From positions 19,458,307-19,504,823 of the forward strand of contig CM119269.1 of assembly GCA_051294375.1 (NCBI GenBank): a stretch of DNA of 46,517 nucleotides, read 5' to 3'. The DNA comes from Paraspadella gotoi (lineage: Eukaryota; Animalia; Chaetognatha). Shown piece after piece: positions 11,136 through 21,864 of this stretch; the first letter of the stretch is position 1; every line of letters starts with the position of its first letter. Below the pieces are notes generated by a model, which was given only the letters and a program-made list of their open reading frames with translations, was not told the DNA's origin and ran no database searches. A program made the translations under genes and the position numbers.

Positions 11136-14100
11136 GTTTGTTGTTTTTTCCTCTTTTTCCTATTTTTTTTTGGTATATATGTTTTTTGATTTTTTATTTT
11201 TGTTTTAATTATTTTGTATTTTATTTATATTTTCTATATCACTCGTAAACTAATGCTTTCCCAAATGACCGTTCCTGCTGACGCCGCCGCTGCCGCCATC
11301 GACCCCTGCTCTTGCTCCGCCTGCCGATGACCGGGTCGAATCGCTGGTTCCGGTTTCTCTCCTTCCTCCACGTCGTCCGAGGTGGCGTTCCGGCGGAGGA
11401 GGCCTCCCGAGACGAGGGAGATCCTCTGCGACAGGAATGGATCGGAGCCGCGTCGCTCTGGCTCGAGCTGGTCGCCCGCGCCGCAACGGATCATCTCGAC
11501 CGGCGCTTCTCCAGATTTGGGTCGGCGCAAGAATTCTTTCGGTTACGTTTTTCGACGAATTCTGGTTGAGAGTCGCGGCCAATTCGCGCGCGACTTTCCT
11601 TGACGGTTTTTTTTCTTGCGGTGATAAATGCGAATCGACGTTGACCGTGGTGGCGAAGTCGCCCTCCCAGCCTTGAAGCTTCGACCGTGGGTCGGTCTAT
11701 TCTATTGGGGAGGAATAATAAAATCATTATCACTTATCCATTTTTATCATCTTATCTTATCTTTCTATTCTCCTTTATATATTTTCCATTTTCTATCACC
11801 CTCGTAACTTCTGGTACATGAAACTTACTGGTTCCACTCTTCGAACAGATGCAAATTTACTGCGATTGGGAAATATCCCTGTTCTTCAGCAATCGCGGTC
11901 ATCTTCTTCATTTCCTCTCGGGCCCGCGAATTCGAGCCGGTCTCATCGTGACTCGTCCAAAACGGGCGTCATAGGCGTCGCCTTCGACGGTGGATTCCGG
12001 GTCGTCCCAGCGAATGTTTGAACTTCTTGAGGCTGCCCAAAAAAATTCGGAGCTCCATCCTCGCGCGGGCTTCGAGGGTTGGGGGTTGTATTCGGTGCCG
12101 AGTCGGATCCTTATTTTGGTCGAGACCAATCGGGGAATGTCGAGGCGCCGACGGGGGATCTCACCTCGTCGGCGTCGGAGTCGATTGACGTCGGCTCCGA
12201 CTCGTTTCTCCCCCTCCTCTTTCTTTTCCCGCATCTCCTCTTTCTCTTCTTCCTCCTCCGCCTCTCCTCGTCTCTCTCCTTCTCTCTCCGCTCTCATCGC
12301 TTCGTACTTTTCGACGGCTGACGAGATTCATCCGAGCGGCAGACTTCGTCGTCTTCTAAATCGCTTCGTAGAAACTGAAATTGTTAAGTTGCAAAATATT
12401 AAATAATTATAAACATTATATACGATTAAAAGGTACTTAAATTTTCTTATTGAAATTGATTATTGAAATCCGAAATTTGGAATTTTTTACAGATAACTTA
12501 TAAAAAATTAATGAATTATGAAATTTTATAAATTTGATTCTAAAGCATATTTATTTTATTTAATATTTTAATGTCTACAAATTGTAATTTATAACTATTT
12601 CATTTTCGGCCTGAACAAAACCCTACAATGCTAACTACAACCTTTCGCGGATTCTCCGTTTTCCTTGGGCGTTGACAGGCCGATTGCCTCTCGTGCAGAT
12701 CGAAAAAATCGACGAAAAAAGTCGGCGAGTTGTTCGTGGCCGTTGGCAAGCGCCGTCTCCACGGCGTCCTGCGGTCGGCGTCGCGTCGTCGCAACGCTCT
12801 CGGAATCCAGGCGTCTCGGATAGCACGCGGCGGAGTTGACGACCCCGTGGCGGCGCAAAAGTGGAGGAGGGTGGGAAAGCGGCGGACGGAGGAGAGGAGG
12901 ATGAACGGACATTGAGAAATCCTGATCGTCGGTGAGGTCGCCTGAGGTGTCTCGTCGGCGGGGGTCTTGCTCCGGACGACGCTGTCGAACAGTGTCGCTG
13001 GCTTTTCTCGATCCGGCCTCCTCTCCTTCCCGTCGGTCGGCGGGCGTCGTATTTGAGACGGTGACTGAGTTGGCGATCCACTTCTTCCGGTGTGGCTCGA
13101 GGCAGATCGAGACTCTCGGCGAAAATCTCCAGAAGGGTCGGAGGCTGGCCTCCAGATGTTTGCTCAAGAGGGCAGTCGGGGTTTGGTAAAGGAAACTTTT
13201 GGCCTCTTTCGGTCGGACCGTTTTGGGACAAAGAAACGACGGCCAAGCCTTCTGGATCGGGCGAACGCGGAAGACGACGCAGTGGGGATTGAATGAGTTG
13301 TAAAAAAGGAATGGGAGAGGAATCATCGTCGTTGTCATCCTCGCAGGAGCCGGCGCGGCGCGGCGAATTCGCAGCCGGAAGTCGCGTCGGGATCGAGGCG
13401 CCAGGTTTGCAAAATGACGTAGGCCGCATTGTCGCCTTTGGTCGGGAACGCGCTCGGCGACACGATCATCCTTGGACTTCGCGTGAGGGGTTTGTGTCGG
13501 CGCTGCCAGAGCTGACGTTATGCCGTTGCGACAGAAGTAGAGGCGCCGACGATCCGTGCTGACAGAGAGGCCGAGCCTCGACGCTTCATTGACTTTTAGC
13601 TTCGATGTTCTTCATTTCTGCGGTATGCTTTGGTCAGACTTTAATATGGAATCTGCACGAAATTAAGGAAAAAACGTTAAAATTAATATCGGGCATTGTT
13701 TATTTTTAAAATTTCAGAATGAGGATTTCAACCTGTTTTTGCTCCTCCTTAGAGTCTTCGCCGTTCATAGTGGCCAATCGACGCCGGCTCGTCGCCGCGC
13801 CAAAAGGACCCGCTGTAGAGACTCTTGCGCCTTCAACACCCGCGTACCTGAAGATAATAAAAAAGGTTAGGAGATTTATGCACTCTGTAGCAGTAGTATT
13901 TCATACCCTGCTACTCGTCCGAGAATCAGCAGCAACCTATGGCGCCGGAGGTAGCACGAGCTTCTCCCAACCCAAAGGACCGGGTTCGCGCCCTTGCTGA
14001 TTCACACAAATAAAAGCGGGACGGGCGTCTAACCCACCTGTAGTGACGGACTACGCCCATTCCGAAGATCGGACCTTGTGTACAACGGACGGTAAACTGC

Positions 14101-17100
14101 TCGCGGCATCGTCTTCCACAACTCATAATTTTTAGATTAAAAGTTAGTTCCGGATCTTTGGAGTTTATTCCTTTCGAGACATCACTCACCTCGTTGATCC
14201 AACTACGATGACCTTAGACGAGTCGGAGAGCATCCTCAGCAGCGTCGCCCCGTGTGCCCGAATCGGTCGCAGATCGACTCCAATTGCGGCGAAACGACGT
14301 GGAGTTTGAGATTTGCGCAACTTCTTCTTCCTTGAAGGCAACGTCCCGAGACCAAGTGCGACTTCACTTGGAAAAAGGTTTGGAGAAATGTTGGGAAGCG
14401 ACGAAGGTTGTCAAGCCGCCGTCTCGGGAGCGAAGATGGCACAGAGACTCATGACGAAAGAGAAGAGCGAGGAAAGCGATGAAGCGATGTGTCGACAAAA
14501 TATCTCGATCCCTCGATCCACAACAAGAGAGTTTGTGCAGAAAATGTTATCGATCCGCGTCGTATGCAATAAGATTTGTCGAAATTTCATACAAACATTT
14601 CTGGACCCGCCAAAAAAAAAAAAGCGGCGGGAATCCACGGTTTTTCACTCGACTCTCACTCGAACTTCTTCGAATCTAATATAATAAAGTCCTACGTCAC
14701 CGGCTTGGTTCAAAATGACTCAACAACCAAAACAGAGTCGATTCTATTCGCGTTTGTTCTGAAGTTCTCGTAAACATCGAGAATCATGCGGGCCATCGGA
14801 GAGAGATTAAAAAGCGGTCATCAACGAAGATCCGAAGCGCAGATCGAAGCGGAAATCTCAAGCAGCAGGCCGGATCATTGTAGTCGTACGTACATATTAG
14901 CGGGAGAATACCATTGATAGGGAATTTAAAAACAGAGATCAATCAAACGATATTTCTGAGAAGAGAAGATCTGATCTTGGTGAGGTCCTCTCTCTCTCTC
15001 TCTTCCCTCTCTCTCTGCTCTCTCTCTCTCTCTCGTCTCCTTGTCCCCGACTCAGAAGATTTTTTCTATTTTCTCTGCTCTAAATGATTTTTGGCCAGGG
15101 TCCGTCCCTCTTGCGCTTTGGACGGGCAGCGGCGGCTGGGCGGCGCTCGTCACCGCTTCGCCCGATTCCTCCGCACGCTTGCGGCTGTGCAGGGCCGCCG
15201 CGCAGCAGTCTTTTGGTTGAAAACCGGCCGAGAGTTGAGAGGGAGAAAGTGAGGGAAAGGGAGTGAAGAGGAAAAGAAAAGAACAGGAAAAAAGGGATGA
15301 TTGATTTGGGCGATTGAATTTTCGTCAACGGAGGAATAAAAAGGAACCAAAAAAAAAAAAAAAAAAACCTGGCACGCAGCACGGCCGATTTTAGGCAGAA
15401 AATACGAGCATTCTTCGTTTGCATTTTCGAATTCGTCGCTAATTTTCGGTATTCGAATATCATGACAACAAAACTAAAAAAATTACAGAGAAAAAAAAAT
15501 ATAAAACAAGCTCTAGACAAGAAGACAAACAGTAACGAAAGGGAACAAGAAAGAACACACCACAGCCGAGAAGTCAACGGTCTCCCCCGGCGCAAAGTCT
15601 TCCGCCTAGAGCGCTTCTTCGCGTGAAATTGTCACTTTTTTTCCGGCTCGTCTCGCTCTGTCTTTTGACTCCCTCTCTGTCGTCGTCTTCCGTCCCTGTC
15701 TCTCGTTCCGCTCATAAATGTTGTAATTCGTTAACACCGAGAAAAAGTTGAGTGCCTTTTTTCTTTCCGAAAAAAAAATTATTTCCTCTCTACTTTTTCT
15801 TCCTTTTTTTTTTTTTTTTGGGCTTGTCGACAAAGGATTAGCCAAGTTTTACTTTTATATGTTTCCTTATTATTTTCGCTCCGCTTCTTATGCTTCTTTA
15901 TACTTATTTTCTTTAAAATTTTCATCATTACTCTCTTTTTCTTCAATATTTCACTTTGAAAGAAAATATTGTACTTGACTTTGTATCAGAGACATCTGTC
16001 CAACGACGTCAACTTCACGATCACTGAATTGTCGCCGCGCCACGCTTTAGCGAGGCTCATCAACGCCAGTCTCGCGTCACAATATGGCGATGCTCGCTCA
16101 CCCCGCGCTTTTCTTCCACCGGGACTCGTATTGGCATTCAATGAAATTCGCCAATTATGATGCTGAATTTCAAAACAATGGAATCAGTCACCCTCCGTTG
16201 ATGCGGAGCGGCGCGGCGCGGCGGTGCGACTAAAGGGGAGTGACGGAGAAAGCAACGGGGACATTTTGGAGAAGAGGGAGGGATGTGGAAAGTTCTGTTA
16301 CAGGGCGGATTGGCGAGGCGAAAGAGGCGGTGAGGCGGCGTGCCGGCCGGCCGGCCGCCGAAAGAAATATGGTTTCGCCGTTTCCGCTTCGAGGAACCTC
16401 CTTTCTTTTTTTCGTTTACTCTCTTTTTTCTCCGATTTTTTATTATTCTGTTTTTTCTTCTTTCTAATCTTCTCTCTTTTTTATGTTTTCACTTTACAGT
16501 TTTATTCATCCCTAACTTACGTTACTTATTTTTTTTTCTCCATTACCGTTTGGTTTTCCCTGATTCACTTCTATATCTACATGAATCTAATCTAATATAA
16601 GACATTATCGAATTAAAAAAATTAAAGAACGCAATGTGGATTTCGAGATTCCATCTCGATCGATCGCCCTGTCTCGCCTGCTCCAATTGCGAAGAACAAA
16701 GGTTGACTCGCTCTCTGCTTTCTTCCATCATTCTCCCTTTCCTCATTCCTTCTCCACACTCGATTCTCCCTTTCCTCATGTCCTCTCCACCTCGATTCTC
16801 CCTTCCTCATCCTTCTCCCCTCAATTCTCACTTTCCTCATTCCTTCTCCACCTAGATTCTCCTTTCCTAATCCTTCCTGCTCACCCGATTCTTCCCTTTC
16901 CTGCAATCCTTCTCCACTCATTCTCACTTTCCTCATTCCTTTCCACACTAGATTCTCCTTCCCATTCCTCTCCAATCGGATTCTCACCTTTCCTATTCCT
17001 CTCCACCTGAATTCTCCCCTTTCCTCATCGTCCTTCTCCATTCAATTCTCCCTTTCCTCAATTTCCTACTCCAACCTTCAATTCTCTTTCTCAATTTTCT

Positions 17101-19565
17101 TCTCCACCTCCGATTCTCCTTTCTCATTCTTCTCACTCCGATTTCTCCCTTTCCTCATTCTTCCACCTCGATCTCGCCTTTTTTTTTCCTCAATTCCTCT
17201 CCACCTCATTCTCCCCTTTCTATTCTTCTCCAACTCAATTCTCCGTTTCTCATCACTCCCCTCAGTTCTTCTTTCCTCATTTCTTCTCCACCTCGAATTC
17301 TCCTTTTCCTATTCCTTCTCCACCTCAATTCTCCCTTTCCTCATTCCTTTCCACTCGATTCTCCCCTTTCCTCATTCCTTCTCCACCTCAGATTCCCTTT
17401 TCCTCATTCCTGTCTCCACCTCCCGCACCCAAATAATTCCATTTTCCTGCTCCCCTCTCCACGCGCATTTTCCCCCCCTTCTAAATCGTATTCCTCCCTA
17501 ATCAATTCCATCTTGTCACAATCTTTCAATCTCTCGCCGCGGTCTCCGAAGACGCCGCCTGAACCCCGAACTCCCCCGAACCCCCAGCCCCTCACCCGGT
17601 CCCCTCCGTCCCGCATATCGCGGCACGTGAACGAGGGACTGGCGGCGGGAATACGCCCGTGGCATAACAAACAGTCCCGGGGAGGGGAAGTGGGAGGGAG
17701 AGGAAGAAGAGAGAGAGAGAGAGAGGTGTGGAAGGGAGGGAGAGGAGGAAGGGGAGAGGGGTATAGAGAGAGAGAAATCTCTCTCTAAGCCATTTAGAAC
17801 CGACCTGATGGGGCAGGACATGAACTATAAATGAGCCAAAAAGTCAGGTATATGTATTATGCATTTACTATTTAGTGTAAACCATATTCGTTAAATATTA
17901 AATAGAGCTGTTGTAATTTTTTTGAGCTTTGAAGACTATAAATTTTTGAAATTGAAAAATGTATCAATTTAAGGGGATGTAAAGCTGCAAACTGGACCGA
18001 GAACAATCCGTACCGAAAAATATTTTTTTTCCCTGAACGAAATGCAAAATGGCGTCGAAGAAGACAAGGAGGGAGAGTGGGGGGGAAGGCGACGAATCCT
18101 TTAAACGCGCGGGCGTTGACGCGAGTAAAGTCGCGTTGGGGGGAAAAATGCTGATGACGCGGAAGCTTAATTACAAGATAAACAAATCGAGGAAGAAGGA
18201 GAGCGAGAGAGGCAGAGAGAGATAGAGAGAGAGTGAGATAAATAAAGAATTATAAAAAAATGACAAAGAAACATCAAGAACGACTCAGAATCAATGAATG
18301 AAAAAAAAAAGTAATTTTTCTGGTTGATTCCATCAGGTTACAATGAGCCTTAATCTTCCTTTTCTTTATCTTATTCGTTAGGAAACTGACCGGTGACCAA
18401 ATACAGATTTTAATTTCAGTGGTGTTTTTTTGGTCACCTTTTTGGGTTTTTTCTTTTTCCTGTTGTTACTATACAACCTAATTATAGTCTCACCATCTTC
18501 CCCTAGCCTTACCTTTGTGGTGTAAGCGCCCTCGCCGCACGAGTCCCTGAGGCTCCCGGGGTCGGAGTCGATCTCCCGCGAGAGGCCGAAGTCGGCCACT
18601 TTGCAGACGAGCGCCCCGTTGACGAGAATGTTGCGGGCGGCCAGGTCGCGGTGGACGTAGTTCATCTCGGCGAGATACTTCATCCCGGAGGCGATCCCAC
18701 GGAGCATGCCCACCAGTTGGAGGACCTGGGGGGAGCGAGAGAGAAATGGTAAGTTGGTTAAGTCGAGGAGAGATTTAGCGAAATCTACTATTTGCGATCG
18801 ACGCCAAATACTGCGAAAGTAAAACCGATTTTTTTTTAATATTATGAATATAAGCCGAACGTACATACATATATATATATATATATATACATATACCGAT
18901 GAGAAAACGATTGAGTTTAGCATTGGGACTATTGTTAATTGCTTCCCTTTGAATGAGCCAATTCTATATAAGTAAATGAGTTGAAAAGAAGAGGACCAAT
19001 GATCGCAATGAAATATGTACATACAAGGAAAAAAAATTTAAAAGAAGATAGTGAAAGACCGAGTTATTAGTGATTTTTTTTTTTTTCAAAACAAAACAAA
19101 GGAAAATAGTTCGTTGACATTTCGTATGTACGAAAGAAAAAAAATGTCGCTGTTGTCAATTTTTTTCGCATCGCATTTTAATGAGATGAGATAAAAAAAA
19201 AGGAGCGGGGTCATTGAGCGTCGGTGGTCGTTGTTCTCCCCACTTTTCAAAACGAAAGCCCGAGTCCATTCGTCCGGTCGCGTCCGGTCATCCGGTCGCG
19301 TTCCGGTCGGATGTTTTTAATCTTTTCGCTTTTGCGACAGTGAAAAAGCCAACCTCAAGTCACTGACAGACAAAATCCATTGTACATGAACATTGTACAA
19401 CACCAAGCCTACTACAAAGCCATCATGGAACATCAAGCAGGAAAACGCACCCAAACAACATGTTGCTCCATCTCCAAGGCTTCAGGTGAAAAAGTCGAAC
19501 CGCTACATTAGCTCGGATGGACTACATTTTTCCTGGATTGCCTACGCAAAAAAATGTGTCGGGAA

Positions 19566-19596
<31 letters not shown>

Positions 19597-21431
19597 AAAA
19601 GTAATAATAACGAGAAAACCCCCTTGAGGGCAGAGCGCATTATCGCTTGGACGCGNNNNNNNNNNNNNNNNNNNNNNNNNNNNNNNNNNNNNNNNNNNNN
19701 NNNNNNNNNNNNNNNNNNNNNNNNNNNNNNNNNNNNNNNNNNNNNNNNNNNNNNNNNNNNNNNNNNNNNNNNNNNNNNNNNNNNNNNNNNNNNNNNNNNN
19801 NNNNNNNNNNNNNNNNNNNNNNNNNNNNNNNNNNNNNNNNNNNNNNNNNNNNNNNNNNNNNNNNNNNNNNNNNNNNNNNNNNNNNNNNNNNNNNNNNNNN
19901 NNNNNNNNNNNNNNNNNNNNNATCATTATGAGACCAGCGATTCAATTAATTAAAATTTAATTATATAACTCGCTCGTTAACTTATGCCCGATCGACTAAG
20001 TTTGAAAATAACATTAAAAAATAACCGAGTGACAAAAAAAAATAGTCTGCCCGTTAAAATTATTTAAAAAAAAATCTCACAAAGTGTATTTAAAAAAATG
20101 AAATCAAGAGTGGCACCTTAGTATTATTTTTTAACACTTTTTTTGTTAAAAAGAAATAAAAATTACTATCAAAATGCAAATTTTGTTGAGAAAAATAACC
20201 ATGGAAAAGGCTACGTAACAAATTTACGTCTCTCTCTCTCTCTTTCTCTCTCTCGTTAATTGATTGGGTCCTTTACAATAAACAACAGTTAAATTGTTTG
20301 CTTTCAATTTTAGGAAAACAATCATGTTTAAAATCTGTTTTCGGACTCTGTTTGGGATTAGGCATGTACCTGTCTAATCGGAGATGCCTGTCTGCACTTA
20401 GCTAAGTTTGGCTTTTAAGTTATAGGTTTGATTTGAACTCAATTATGACTCTTTTTAAGTTAACTTTTGTTTTTTTATTTTTTATTTTTCATTTCCTCAA
20501 GACGTACATTGGGATTGATCCTTCAAGCTTTTTTGCTTCGGTCTAGGATTCGGGTTCCTCGACTTTGAACTTGGATCTCATTTTGAGTCGCTCGCAAATC
20601 TCTGCGCCGAATCGTCTGCTTAACCTTCACCGCTCAAACTCACCTCACCTCTTTGCCTCACCTTTTTTCCTTCCATCGCCAACCTCGCCTGCTCCGACCT
20701 TGAATCCTTTTGTCTCAAATTCTCTTACTACCTACTTATCATTCATATTTGGCTTTCCTCTTATCCTACTTACTAACATCCTTCCCATTTCAACCTTTTA
20801 CTTCCTCCCTCCCCTTTTCATTTCGTTCTATCCATTGCTCTTCCTAACTTCTCTTCCTTTTATCTTCATCCCAGAGTCAGAAATTCTATTCCATTTCCCC
20901 TTCTCTCATCTCACTCCTTTTCTCTTCCTTCATCTCTTCCCCTTATCCTCTCATCTCTTTCCATCGTTTCCCCCCTCTCTCCTCTTAGACACCTCGCTCT
21001 TGTTCATCCATGCACAAGTGATTGTTAATGGACTTTTTTCACGGCCGGAAACGACGACGATAATGACGACGACGAGAACGACGACGACGACGACGAAAAC
21101 CGACGACAAACGACGACCAATGTGATGACAAGTGAAGCTGAAAATTCTGACAAACAAGTAAAATGACAATAGACATGTCGTAACAGTAACTATTGCATTT
21201 GAAGGAAAACGCTAAACGATCATTTCATTTGATAAAGACGATGACGACGAATACCACAACGACGATGACGACGACGACAAACTGCAACGACGACTTGGCC
21301 GATGAATGCACGAGCCATAAGCGCGCGAAGGCCCGAGATGACTGCAGGCGCGGGCCGCTGATAACAGGCGCACGCGCAATGACGCGTCTCTCTCCTCTTC
21401 TCTCTCTCTCTCTCTCTTCTCTCCTCTCTCT

Positions 21432-21468
<37 letters not shown>

Positions 21469-21659
21469 CTCGTCACTCTTAAAGGCCCCGGTTCGCTCGC
21501 GTAAAACCACACCTGCCTTTCGCTTTCGCTTTTTTCCTTTTTTTCCTTTTCCTTTTTTCCTTTTTTTTTTTTTTTTTTTTTTTGAAAATGGGTCTCGGGA
21601 GACGTCGTCTGATTGAATCTCCCGTCAAGCTGATAACGCCGCCAACGACAGCGCACGAC

Positions 21660-21690
<31 letters not shown>

Positions 21691-21824
21691 AAAAAATCTT
21701 CTTATGCTTTCTTTATATCGAATCTTTTTTTTCTTTTTTTTTCTTTTTGAATTTACCTTTGAAAAGAAGGGAAGAGATAGAGAAAGAGAGAGATAGAGAA
21801 AGAGAGAAAGAGAGAAAGAGAGAA

Positions 21825-21864
<40 letters not shown>

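Noticed and set aside
12635-13429. The 264-aa and overlapping 235-aa ORFs as stand-alone novel proteins or overlapping genes
   Set aside because: Each carries alternating pieces of one DBB-ankyrin protein, which is better explained by frameshifts in a single exon.
13623-13866. Plus-strand splice signals (GCG|GTATGC, TTTCAG|, AAG|GTTAGG) suggesting an antisense gene
   Set aside because: Plus-strand translations show no recognisable motif, while the minus strand has both homology and better intron signals.
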